20,000 nt of DNA, taken from NCBI GenBank assembly GCA_023231475.1, contig JALJEE010002013.1, forward strand, positions 50,618 to 70,617. Direction: 5' to 3'. Origin of the DNA: Seison nebaliae. Taxonomy: Eukaryota. The notes beneath the pieces were generated by a model. The model made no database searches. It was given only the letters and a program-made list of their open reading frames with translations, and had not been told where the DNA came from. Made by a program: the position numbers and the translations under genes. Positions 1-12,600 of the stretch are shown here, piece after piece. Numbering within the stretch: position 1 is the first letter of the stretch; each line of letters begins with the position of its first letter.

Positions 1-2441
1 TTGAGAAAGTTTTCTCGATCAGAAAATGATAAGAAATTGGAAGAAATCGTTCCGAAAACTTCGGAGAATGATGATAAAGAGAATAAAAATAGTTATGATT
101 TTTTTTTTTTTAATTTAAAAATTTTTCTTTTTTAGATTATTTAGATGTTGTTTATGGAAATGCTTTAGATGTACTCGAAAAGTTGACGGTAAGAGAATTG
201 GAAAATATATCGGATGATAATTTTTATCGACCATCACCAGATGACGTTAATGTGCCATGGCTGAGCAGCATCAAATGTCAAGCGGATAATGCAAAAATTA
301 TCACATCTTCTCAAATTCGTTTTCATTTTTATTTTTTATGAATGAAATATTGAAAAAAAATTGTTTTAGATAAAGAATATATGGAAGAAAAAGAGAAAGA
401 GAAAGAGGAATTAAAAGTGGAAAAAAGAAAAAAGAATGAAAAAAAGAAGAAAAATGAAGAGATGTCAATTCAATTATTTGTCGATTTCATCAAGAGTGAT
501 GTAGATAAAAGAAGAAATCTCTTCCAATTGTTGAGAAAGAAAAAATTCTTATCAAAATTGAAAAATAAAGAAATTGATTCATTCGTCGAATGGTTAGACA
601 AAGAAATTTGTGTGGAAAAGGTTCGTTCATTTTTGGCTTGAAAAAATATAAATTTTGTTTTTTTATAATTTTCAGAAATTCTCATCAGAAATCAAAGAGA
701 AATTTGAGAAAATAAAAGATGGCCAGAAAACGATGTTGGATGAGAGACGTTTACTCCATTTGACAATTATGAGATTTTGGAAACAACAAAGTGAAAGTGA
801 ATCAGAAAGGAAAAATTTTGAAACAATTGAAAATTGTTTTGCTCATGAACAATTACCATCTCAAGAATTATTAGGGACGGCAATTGAATTGAGTGTGAAA
901 GAAGAAAAAGGATTAACAGATCATCTTCGACAATTGAGTATTGATGTGAAACAATTATTATTCGATCGTCAAATGATGGTTGAATTTCATTCATCTTATC
1001 TCTCATTCAAATTTCAATTAATTTATTTTATTCTTTTTTTAGGTTAATCAAATTTCTAGTATTACTGGAATTGAGAAGGATTTGAAATTAACGAAAGAAC
1101 CGATTTTACCTGCAGAAATTGCTGCTGCTGTTATGCCTTCGAAAAGAATTGAATCTGATGATAGTGAATTAACCAAAAATTTAAGTTTACCTACTCCACC
1201 AAGAGATTCATCAACGACTGGTAAGATACCAATAAAATCATGTACACGAATATCTAAAGGAAAATATTGTCATCATCTTCGATATCAGAAGTTCCTCCAC
1301 AAACATCAATTACAACAGAAGGAAACTAATGAACATGTTGAGAATTTGACATCTATACCACTCACTGTTCCAATGACGATTTCGAGAAGTTTAATGAATA
1401 AAAATCAAATTATAGAAAATATGGGAACAACTTCTCGATGTGAAGAAAAGACGATTAATCATGAAACGAAATCATCGGAAAATGTGAATAAATCAGGAAA
1501 TGATTCGATTACCTCCATTCCTAATCACGTCTTGATCAATGCTCAAAATTATACGAATATCTCAAATAATGATATGATGAGAATGACGAGATCATCACCT
1601 GGTAGACAAGATCAACAAATCATTCCGATTGTATCGGATCATCGGAAACATGACGATTTGGTAAAAATAATGAAATTGAATGAACGAATGAAGAAGGAAG
1701 AGATAACGGAACAGATGTTAAAGACGAATGTTGATAAAAATAATCTACAACGATTACATCAACAATTTTATCAAAGACAACAATTGATGAAATTGAGTAA
1801 AATGCGAAAATCAGCATTCCAATCAAATAGTAACATTTATAATAATATTATCCTCAATTCCAATGGTCGAGATGCGAATTATTTGAATGAGAAAGTCAAT
1901 TTTAATACAAAAAATCAAATAGAAAATAAAAATATCACCGTTCCAACATTAACAGTAACAACACCAATATTAAGTCCTGCATCAGTTGCAGTAGCAGCCG
2001 CCGCTGCCTCTATTGTAACGTCGTTTAATAGTCATCATAATCATGTGACATCACAATCGAATGGTGGAAGTGTAAAAGTTTTATTACCGGATCAATGGAA
2101 GAATATGATGGGACATAATCATCAATCACCATCAATGAATTCGATTTCTGCTCAATTAATTCCGTCAACTCACACCATAGTCACAAGAACAACGACTACA
2201 TCACCATTTATGAAATGTGAGAGAGTTCAACAGTTACATCAGAAGAAATCAACAATTCCTCTACCCACTCAATCAATATCGACGACGAATATGTCTGATC
2301 AATTATCGATCAATTGCCAAAAACAACAATCAATCAAGCAACATCAACAACAACAACAACCACAAACATATCAACAACAACAATATCTGTTAAATAATCA
2401 ACAAAATATTCAACATCATTCATCATCAACTTCATTATACC

Positions 2442-2475
<34 letters not shown>

Positions 2476-3196
2476 TGTTATATATCGTACACCTCCATTG
2501 ACACAACAACAACAACAACAGCAACAACAACAACAACAATCATCACAAAGTCATTTGATTTATCCGAATTTACAAACGAAACAAGCACTTCATGCCCAAG
2601 TAACAGGAATTAATTGTGGTAATTCTCCTCAATTATCATCGAAAACACCACAACAATTGATGCAACCGAATTATTATCAGAATATTACATCACAACCGGT
2701 TCTATCCAATTTTCAGATGTCTCTCAATCATTTATTCAATTCCGCTTCATTAATGTATCCGCCCGGACAATTACGAATGACACCATCAACAAAAGTTCCA
2801 GTCATTTCACCACGATCCAAACAACAAGCAACATTGATGAAGAATATTCCTGCGATTCCATCAGTTCTCCCACCGACTACTACTCCCATGAAGATGGAAG
2901 AGTTTCAGAGAACTCTCACCAAAATGCCAAAGAATCCTTTGGCGAATCTATCTCCTTCTGTCATTCAGCCAACTCCACATCTCACTCAACAACATCCACA
3001 AAATAATTATTATCTACCGATGTCGTTGAATTATTTACGGAATAATTTGAATGCCAACACGTTAACGAATGTGAGTGGAAATCTCAAACCGAATAATGAA
3101 CATCAACTCTCTTATTTGACTTATGGGCAACAACAGTTGCAACAGTCTGCTCAAAAAACAATGACCACTCAATTGACAAAGAAGAATACGAAATAG
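1..3196 (+). CDS. 5'-truncated multi-exon gene; unidentified protein with charged/helical N-terminal part and long Q/N/S/T/P-rich low-complexity C-terminus (possibly a nuclear/transcriptional regulator)
   Basis: Exons <1-91, 136-318, 370-620, 676-978 and 1043-3196 join in frame through GT..AG introns 92-135 (44 nt), 319-369 (51), 621-675 (55) and 979-1042 (64). This links the listed ORFs at 381, 655 and 1082 into one stop-free frame ending at TAG 3194-3196. No family motif recognised; the regulatory role is inferred only from the Q-rich composition. Confidence 0.8.
2441..2539 (+). repeat. Coding CAA trinucleotide tracts giving poly-Q11 and poly-Q12
   Basis: (CAA)11 at 2441-2473 and 12 Gln codons (CAA with one CAG) at 2504-2539, both in the frame of gene 1. 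Confidence 0.95.
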
Positions 3197-3261
3197 TTTG
3201 AACGGTGAAACGATAAGAATCTTCTTCTTCTTTAAAACCATCTCATCCACCATATTCCTTC

Positions 3262-3263
<2 letters not shown>

Positions 3264-3297
<34 letters not shown>

Positions 3298-3403
3298 TAC
3301 ATACATACATACATACATACATACATACATACATACATACATACATACATACATACATACATACATACATACATACATACATACATACATACATACATAC
3401 ATA
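3264..3403 (+). repeat. Compound microsatellite (CA)15 followed by (CATA)28
   Basis: Perfect CA run at 3264-3293 merging into a perfect CATA run at 3292-3403, starting 68 nt after the gene 1 stop. Confidence 0.97.
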
Positions 3404-3865
3404 AGCACTCCGGGTAAGGAATGGATGAAAATTGTTTTTATTTTTCATTTTTTTTCCTTTGTTTTTTTCAAACATATTTTCTTATTTCCATTTGTTCCTC
3501 TTCCAAATTCATCGAAAAACGTTTCTCAGAAAGAAACAATTTATTCATATTCCTTTTTTACTTTTCTCTCACATTTATCTCTCATTCGTTTCTGAAATGC
3601 GACAAATCTCTTTCAAATCTCTGAAAATTTCTTTTTTTTCACTTCTCTCCACAAAATCAGTTTATTCATTTTAAAGAGAATATTTTATTTATTTAGTTTA
3701 TAAGAACTTCAGATCTGTCAACGATCATTTCAAACCAATCCTCCTCAAATCCATCTATTTTATTCTTCAATTGCGATTTTATTCTAACTTTCAATATTCT
3801 TCATCCACTCTCCCCCTTCTCCATGATCGTCTCATCATCAACACATCTATCTATAAACTCCTCCA

Positions 3866-3900
3866 ACACACACTCACACTCACACACACACACACGCACA
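3866..3900 (+). repeat. Imperfect (CA)n microsatellite
   Basis: acacacactcacactcacacacacacacacgcaca, lying between convergent genes 1 and 2. Confidence 0.85.
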
Positions 3901-4426
3901 AAAAGTTGTAATATTCTTATAAATTCAAAGTATTTTCCAAATTTCGTTCGAATATCCTTTTCGAACTTTTTTATAATTTTCGTTTTTTTTCGTTTCATTC
4001 TCCAAATATTTTCAATTGACGGTTTTTTTCCTCAACGTTCCTTTTTTTCATATTTTTTCATTTCATTTCGTAGGACATGTTTTTATGATAATTTATAATA
4101 AGATGATAAATTCTCAATTATGTCCCTCAATCGTTCAACTTCTATTAATTTTATGGATTAAATATCATCACCTTTCAATTGGACTTTCCTGTAAAATTGT
4201 TTTTTTTCATCATTTTCTTCACAAATTTCAATAATTTCACAGAAATTAAATGAACATGTTTATCAAGAATAAAGTAAATTTTCCTACTAATTTTGAAAAA
4301 AGCAAATTCTTTTTTTATTCTCTTGAAATTAATTTCATTTCAATCAATTCAATTTGACAATTCAAAATAATCATTCGAATACTCGTTCATCAGTTTTCAG
4401 TGTTTCTCTTCAATTTTTTTTTCGTC

Positions 4427-6643
4427 TTAAATTTCAGTTGAAAAATAGTAGTTATATTCTTCTTCATTTTTTCGTTCTTCCCATATCTGCTCACATTTCC
4501 TATCTTTCTTATCTTTCTTCAATCGAGATCGTTCCATGACACGTCGAGTTCGAATAATTGATTTTTGTGGTTGACTGACACGCTCCAATTTCTTCTGTTC
4601 ATTCTTGTAGAAGTTTTCCTTCGTCATTCGCTTCCTCTCTTCTTTAACTAATTGATTTTGCATAAAATGTTGATGTTGCATTGCTCTCTCGATTTTATCG
4701 GAAGGAAATATTTCCAATTCTTCAAATAACGATTCCACTACCGATTCCATTTCTGATAGAATACTCATTGTACTAAATCATGAGAGTTATATATGAAATG
4801 TGGACAAAAATTTAAAGAAGAAAACTCTTTTTTTTGTTTGTCCGGTTCCGCCGATAGAACTGGTTCGGCTAAATAGATTTCTCTTACTTTATCCTCCCAA
4901 ATTTTCAATTCTTCCATAATGAGCATATATTCTGGATTGTAGAAATAGAGATGTCTAAATAATTAAGTATTCTCAATAAATGAAATGAAAAGAAATGTCG
5001 AACTCCAAACTGAAAATAGAATGTGCCGCTTTCCTTTCAGTCTCCTGCAATTCTTCTTGTAATCGTTTGACAGTTGCATATTTCTCTTCGATTTCATACA
5101 TAAGAACGCCTTCTTCTTCCCTGCTCGTTTTTTCGTCTGCTCGTTTATTCAAGAATTCTGCTTCTTCTTCCACCGAATGTGTTCGTTCCATCAACATTAA
5201 ATTCGTGTTCTCCGATTCTCGTAATAAATCTAATAATTCAATCGGTTCTTTAAAGTAAATCTCTCGAATTGCCTACTCAGAATTGAGAAGAAAAATTGAG
5301 AGTTTAACGTAATAAACATTTATATGATATTAGTAGTTAAAAGCAAACGAAAATCGGATGAGTTGGTGGGAGATGAATGAAATCTAGATTGAGTAATTCA
5401 TCTGATTCGATTGTTGATAAATATATCGGATCTGTGTTCACTTTCACTCGAACTTCTTCATCGAAATCTCCAAATGGATCATAAAAATCAGTCAAATATT
5501 CTGTCATATCGCTTAACATTGCTTCTTCTTTACTATCAACAACTGTCGTCTTTATTGCTCTTACTAATTGATTCGTTCTCCAATACTAAATTGTGTTCAA
5601 CCATTTCTTTTTTGAAGAAGAAAAAGAAAAGAAACTTTTGGAGCTGTCTTGAATAGAAAAAGAGCACAACGTCGATAATCAGCCCAAGTATCTTCCATTC
5701 GACCGATTTCAGTTTTTATACTCGAAATTTGTTCATTTAATGATTTGATAGCGGCAATGTTATCCAGTTTTAATTTAGTTGCTTCATCAGCACTATTCAG
5801 TTGACTTTTTATTATTTATATTACAATTCTAACCGTTCAATAGCTCTCGCGGATTGTTGATCAATATTCTTGATAAATTCGTCTAATAATCTTCCGTCAC
5901 AATCGAGATAATGTTCTGACATCTGCATACGTCTCAATGCCTGTTCATATGTCAATTCCATGGCTAATGTTTGTTTTCGTTGAATATCTAACAAATACTA
6001 TAAAAATATGTTTTCAAATAATTTTACAATTCCCTAAATCAATCGATGAACTTGTGTACAAAAGTCTTTTTGTTTTCTTCCGAAATATCCGCGCATTGGT
6101 TTCTGTTTTGGTGCATCTTTTTAAATTCTTATTAAAAATTAATTTGATAAGAAATTATTATGGACTTGCTGTTTCTTCTACCGCCCAAATTTGATAATTT
6201 AATTTCTTATTTAAGTCTGTCTAAATAAATATTTAATAATTTTAATGTTAAAATTTGAAATATTGGGAAACATTTAAAAAATCATCATCCGGTTCCTTCA
6301 AACATTGTCCATATTTCAACGTACCCGTTTTAATCATGTTATACATTTTCTGTCGACTTTTTGGTAATTCCTTGAACAATGAACAAGATTTTTTGAAGAA
6401 TTTCGACATCGAATTATAACTGATTTTAGTCGATCATCACGACATCCAACAGTGAGTAATGTTTGTTCAAATCCTTTTGATGTTCCTTTTAATGATGTAA
6501 GTTAAGTAATTTGAATATTTGAAGAAATAGGTGAAACTGGGATAATCATCTGGTGACATATTTCGTTTGTCTTTTATTCGATGATTATCGAACACTTCAT
6601 AAGGAATTATCTTATTACGAACTGGTTTAGGTTTCCGATACAT
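4427..6643 (-). CDS. CFAP100: CFAP100/CCDC37-CCDC38 family (DUF4200) cilia/flagella coiled-coil protein, ~563 aa, 11 exons
   Basis: Exons (- strand): 6643-6538, 6485-6421, 6370-6272, 6220-6166, 6116-6052, 5997-5834, 5792-5636, 5585-5349, 5272-5004, 4954-4826, 4772-4427. All phases are consistent, 1692 nt total. The translation follows the family pattern in order: 'QYLLDIQRK..SEHYLDCDGRLLDEFIKNIDQQSARAIERADEATKLKLDNIAAIKSLNEQISSIKTEIGRMEDTWADYRRCALFLFKTAPKYW' (DUF4200 core), 'IYFKEPIELLDLLRESENTNLMLM' (cf. LYFTDPQQLLDIF.ELEEQNLSLI), 'TMSILSEMESVVESLFEELE' and C-terminal 'EEEYNYYFS'. The first four exons rest on phase fit only and are less certain. Confidence 0.82.
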
Positions 6644-6975
6644 GATTATCGTGTGGAAGAAATAATTATTTTTCTCAAATTTAAAATATCTAAATTAATT
6701 TTCCTCTTTCTCTTCGTTTTAAACTGAAATAATTGTAAAAAAGAGGAAAAGAAAATGACAATCTTAATAATAATAGTTTGAAGCGCAATTTTTCATAATA
6801 TCATTTTATTAACTTTAGAATTAATAGGTGGAGAGAAGAAATGAAACGAATAAGACTCTTTGAAATATTTTTTTTGTTGGTGATTAACTGCTGTGAGAAG
6901 AAAAAACGAATATTGTTTAAAGGATCATTTAAGTTGTGGAAGGAATATTTGTGAGAGAATTAATTACCTTTAAAT

Positions 6976-8127
6976 TTATTTAACGTTCGTTCGTGGTAAG
7001 ACTAACCGTCTCTCGTACATATAAAGTAACGTCGATGAAATTACGAGAAATGCACCAGCAAAAAATAATCTGAGAGAGAGAAAGAGAGAGAATATTAGAG
7101 AATGAGAGAATTGAAGAGAACTTGGTTGGTGTAAATTCATTGAGTATTAGATAAGAAGCAGTACATGAGAAAATAATAGATAAAGCATTAGCAAATCCTT
7201 TAAGAATATTATCTGCATATTTGATTACCGCAGCTATGATGAGACCGCCAGCAGCCTATGGAAGAGAAATAGAAGAAAAGTTTCAAACTATAAAAATTGA
7301 ATCGTTTAAAACTTGTAATGTGACGATAATCCAGACAGTTGAATTAAAACCAAAAAGTGGTCCATGTTTCATGATGACATTGAAATCATAAAAAACTGCT
7401 CCGAAAGTTCCGATAATAAAACTGAAGAATGCCAATTGGACATTTCGAATCCATACTGATGGATTTGAATTTTTCAAAATTTTCTCAAAGAAAACACCAG
7501 CGAATCCACTTGTAAAACAAGCGGCAATAATACAAGAGAAACCAATGAGTTGTTGGAAGAGTGAATGATGAACAACTTCATGTTCTTCGATGGAGGATTT
7601 GGAGAGAACTTGATTGACTTGAACCATTGCTACGCCCATCGTCAAAATCAGAAGGGATAACCATCGTTGTTTGGAAATGGTTCGATGGAGAATGTAGACG
7701 GTAAATAAGGCCGTAGTCAAAATTTTAAGTTGATAAGTAATTTGATAAGTTGCCGCATCGATTTTATCCAATGCCCAAAATAGAAGATTATTTTGGAGTG
7801 TATATAATGCGGCTGGTATGGCTAAGAGGAAGACATCATTTACATTTCCTTCTCCCAATAATAAATATTTCACTCGATTTATATCATAATCTAATAAATA
7901 ATTAAAGGAATTTGAATGATATGAAAATTATTTAAACTATTTTGATATATTACGAGCACTCCACAAATTGCCATCTTCATCAATTCGGCTACAACTACAG
8001 CAACTGAAATTAAATATTTCTCTTCTGATCCATTACTTCGTGAGTATCTAATGTATAGGATGAGTGATGATGATTGTATGACGAGTAGAATGAGACTGAT
8101 CAATTTCTTCCATTTATTGGTGGGCAT
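6976..8127 (-). CDS. SLC35A3: SLC35A-family Golgi nucleotide-sugar transporter, closest in motifs to the UDP-GlcNAc transporter SLC35A3; ~331 aa (357 aa with a possible upstream exon)
   Basis: Exons 8127-7938, 7890-7313, 7255-7122 and 7069-6976, with introns of 47, 57 and 52 nt. Hallmark motifs: 'IRYSR', 'AVVVAELMK', '[15 protein letters not shown]', '[19 protein letters not shown]', '[13 protein letters not shown]', 'SVWIRNVQL', '[20 protein letters not shown]'. A pyrimidine-rich CAG acceptor at 8131-8133 suggests an upstream exon, plausibly 8425-8351 (MSKIINKE..ETDE, phase 0). A2 versus A3 orthology and the substrate are not certain. Confidence 0.9.
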
Positions 8128-9636
8128 ATTCTGTTAGGGGAAGAGTGGGAAGTGAGATAGAAAAAAGAAGGAAAGAATGAAATTTTAAAAAAAAAATATT
8201 GTTTTAGACCGAAATTCAATCGAAATTCAAATTAAATTTATATGACAAATGGAATCTGGTTTAGTCGATGTACAATCAAGATTAATATAAGGTAGGCAAA
8301 TGTATTAAAGAGAGTAGTTGGTGGAACAGAATAATTGAAATTCGTGTAACTTCGTCTGTCTCTTTTTTCCTCTTCATATCTTCCACATTATCCACTGACG
8401 TTTCCTTATTGATAATTTTACTCATTCGCATTCGTATGTCGCTATTTCGGCTGATCAAGTTGGCAAAAAATGATTATTATTTTCTTAGTCCATTCAATCC
8501 ACCACTACCTGAATGAAGAATGTCCTTATGTGAAACTTTAGCTGACATTGTTTATTACCATCGTTCAAATATTATTATTCCAATGTTTTGTCTTGAAATT
8601 AAATTTTATGATAACGTAATAATCTTTTACTCAACAATTTTAACAACTTTCAAAGAACAAAAGAAACTTCAACTTTTCCCCCTATACTTTTTATGCTAAT
8701 AATATTACTAAACTTTAACAATTGAAATTATATTTTTAGAATTTGAGTAGTCAATTCCATTAAAAATTTTTTTCTTTATTGATCCTTATCGATTTTTTAA
8801 AATTAATCAATCAATTTAAATAAAATCATCTTCTCAATAAATCTTTACATTTCCATTCGAGTCACTTCCGTAAAAGGTTAAGAAATATATCATTTTTTAA
8901 TTTGTTTTTGAAACTTGATCAAGTTAAATTTTACGAATTTTTGTTAAGAAATGATGACATCTGATGATCCATCTGGCTGGAACTCTCATTTTCTTAAAAC
9001 ACCTTACAAACTATTGTTAATAAGCCGAAATATCCATTGAAGGAGACAAAGTGACAAAAGTTAAGAGTTTTGGTTTAGTTTCTCCAGATAGTTCCACAAT
9101 CATTTTATATGAAAATACAAGACTGGATTAATTCATTTACATATCATCGATATTCATTATTGAATTATAAGGTTTGTTGTATCAATTGGATTTTTTGAGA
9201 AGAAATAGATAAAGTTTCCTCGTTGAATCGATTGAACAATTAGTTGAAGAACGTGAGGGAAATATGCAGAAATAATGAGAGATGTTGAAAATAGATTGAA
9301 AGATTTCTGAATACAAAAAACATAAAAAACATAAAGTGCAAATGTAAAATTATTGATAGTGTATCAATTAAAATTTTGTTCAGGTGAATCGAATTGATTT
9401 TGATGAATGTTATTAATGAATTTATGAAGGTCTGAACAGGTTTTAGACGAAATATATGCTATAGGAATGAACTAAAATAATGATGGAAAATAATTGACAA
9501 AGTTTTAATTAGACTGTTAATGTCAGATGTGAAGTAATTATAAGGATAATAGTCTGGAAATGAATTCATCGAAATTATTATAAAAGGCAAGGTGGAATGA
9601 TTTGGAGAATTATAATTATTTGAATTCGTTTCAAAT

Positions 9637-12600
9637 ATGATTTCGAAGAACTTCCTAATACTTACAATATTATGTTGGGGAATAGTCAATTGTCAGGAGC
9701 AGATGCGCCAAATGAATCCATCAGATCCTGATAGCTATAATAGTTATGAAGAGTATGAACCAAATTACGAAGATTCATATTCGTATGATGAGACAGGTAA
9801 AATAAATTTATTTTTTGAAAATTCTCAAATGATTCAATTTTTTAGATTATCAGTCGAATACAACATACTATCCAATATATTGGCCAAAAAATTCCACAAT
9901 GCTACCAACAAATGGTATTCCGGTATTAGCGATGAGCCATCGTATTTTCACATATACAATCGGATCGTCTCATACGATGCGAGTGGATTTGATGAGTGGT
10001 GTTGAACCGATCGAATACGCATGGCTCATAAATGGTCGTCGTCTTGACACGATGACGAATGGAAACGCAAAAATTATTATCAAATGTCGAATCATTACAT
10101 TTGAGAATGTGGTGCAGGACTTCGCCGGTGAATATACACTCACCGCCACCAATAGTTATGGTACGGGAAGGATATCATTAAAAATTCATGTAATTCCATC
10201 TGATTCAACATATGATGTCATTCCATCTGACAAGACTAAACCCCCAATAATAACAACGTTAAATAATTTATACTATGTTATTCAAGGTGTTCATGTTACT
10301 CCCATTCGACTACATGTCGTCCAAGGAATTATAAAATCGACGGATATCAAATGGTATTTCAAAGGTAAACGACAATTACCAGAAGGTGTCGAATTATCAG
10401 GAGATTGTCATGAAATTCGATTTAGTCGAGAAGCTGATGAAAGTATTATTGGTGCATATAAGATTATTGTAGAAAATAAATATGGTACTGCTACTTATAT
10501 ATTCGCAATTCAATTCTTACCAAATAGTCTAACTATAATTAATCGAAATGATACTCAATTAATTACACAGAATGCTCCATTAATCAATCCTACACAATCA
10601 ATCTATTATGTTCAAAATGAGAAAGCATTCCAATTGAGATTGGTGATAATTCGAGGAGAATCACCATTCATTTTCGAATGGTTTCACAACGGAGTACCGG
10701 TCATGCCAAGTGGTGTAAAGATTTACAAAAGTTCTATCACTATCGAATCATTCAATTACATTCATGAGGGTACCTATACTTTAAGAGTAGTGAATATTTA
10801 TGGAGAAGATAGATGTACATTCACATTAGTTAGTAAACAAATTGGACCGATTCCCAAACCGATGTTGAGAACTAAATATCTTTATTATCGTATTCCAACT
10901 GGAGATAAACGTACCATCATCGTTCATTTGGTGGGTGGAGAGAAACCAGTGAAATATTCTTGGACTTATACATCACCCAATGGGAAGATTTTCACCAATA
11001 CTTTACCTTCACAAAACATTAAAATAACTAAACGATCAATTGTTATTAGAAAAGCCACCGAAAGTCTTCAGGGTCGTTATAAATTAACAGCTACTAATCG
11101 ATGGGGTTCAACTTCCATCATTATCACAATTATTGTTTATGGTGAGAAACCTCGATTATCTTATGAGACACATCGGGTCGTCCTCAATCAAATGACTCCA
11201 TTCCCGAAAACGGTTGTCATACAAACGGTAAGTGGTTCTTTACCGATAACGTACACATGGAAATTCCTTAATCCATCAAGTGAGAAAGCACTACCTTGGC
11301 CTGAAGAATATGCCAGGAAACATGGTGCCGTATTGCAATTATTGGGAAATAAACCACAAGTTGACGGTTGGTTTCTATTATCTGCTAGGAATCGGTTTGG
11401 TCTTGACGTGTTTAAAATTCGCGTCATGATCCGAACGACAGTTTGTTCGTGGAATGATAAATTAATAAAAAGTGGAACATATTTCGACAAATCAGTTTGT
11501 GAGACTCGATGTCAATGTATCAATGGTGAAATTACCGGTTGTGTCAAGAAGATTTGTGAATCATTGCCAAGTGATTGTTTGAAGGTGCAACATGCGGAGA
11601 ATGGTCGATGTTGTTCCGTTTGTCTACAACGATCGTCAACTTCCAAGAAGTTTTGTTATTTCAACAAAAAGAAATATCATAATGGAGAAGTTTTCCAAAA
11701 ATCGCCATGTAGTGTCGATTGTCAATGTCTCAGTGGAAAAATCATAAATTGTGTTTCGTTGAAATGTTCGGAGTTACCGAATGATTGTATTAAGAAAGTT
11801 CATCCAAAAGGACAATGTTGTGCTCAATGTATTGAACGTAGTTCGATCGATTTGCCCAAATGTTATTGGAATAAAAATAAATATGTTGATGGTGAACAAT
11901 TCGATAAGTCGAAATGCGAGAAACGATGTCGTTGTAGAAACGGGAAAATCATGGAATGTAGTACGGTGAAATGTCCTCGTCTTTCCAAATCATGTTTGAG
12001 ACCGCGTGTCCTCAAATCTCAATGCTGTCCGATCTGTGATGAATTTTCAACAACACCAACTCCTTCTTGTATATACAAAGGTCGTCTGTATCAAGAACGG
12101 CAATATGTGAATAAATCACGTTGTGAAGATAATTGTTTGTGTTTAAATGGAAAATTAACTCAATGTACAAAGATAGCATGTGGTGAATTACCGAAAGATT
12201 GTTTGAGAGTTCAACATCTTCCACATAAATGCTGTCCGACTTGTGTGGAACATTCGACGACTAGTTCACCCATGTGCATTTGGGGCGATAAGATTTACAA
12301 ACCAGGAAGTATATTCAAGAAATCAGTTTGTGAAATTAATTGTTTATGTACGGCAGCGGGAATAATTGAATCATGTCACAAAGTTAATTGTCCAGTAATC
12401 ACCAGATCTTGTTTGGAAACGAGAACACCACCCGATTCATGTTGTGCTGAATGTATTCGACATATGTCCAATGAAATTGTAGCTCCAGAAAAGACTTGCA
12501 TATTACCCGATGGACGAGTATTCCACGAAGGTGAACGATTTAATCGTAAACCATGTTGGAGGAATTGTATGTGTTCCAATCGTCAAATTGTCGGTTGTGT

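Noticed and set aside
3198..3475. ORFs 3198-3404 (+, HTYI repeats) and 3263-3475 (-, VCMY repeats)
   Set aside because: These are translations of the (CA)/(CATA) microsatellite and carry no coding signal.
3421..4539. Several Phe/Ile-rich short ORFs between convergent genes 1 and 2
   Set aside because: Expected by chance in T-rich UTR or intergenic DNA. I found no consistent splice chain or motif.
8478..8548. Further upstream SLC35A exon starting MSAKVSHKDILHSG
   Set aside because: No donor/acceptor pair I tried joined it in frame to the downstream exons without a stop.
8951..9340. Short coding-like fragments between the divergent genes (e.g. EISIEGDKVTKVKSF, faintly like a non-LTR RT motif)
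   Set aside because: Too short and broken, and the diagnostic YLG/YADD residues are missing.
10188..10230. 16-nt near-perfect direct repeat with 27-nt period (VIPSD..VIPSD)
   Set aside because: A small in-frame linker duplication with only two copies, not an array or regulatory element.
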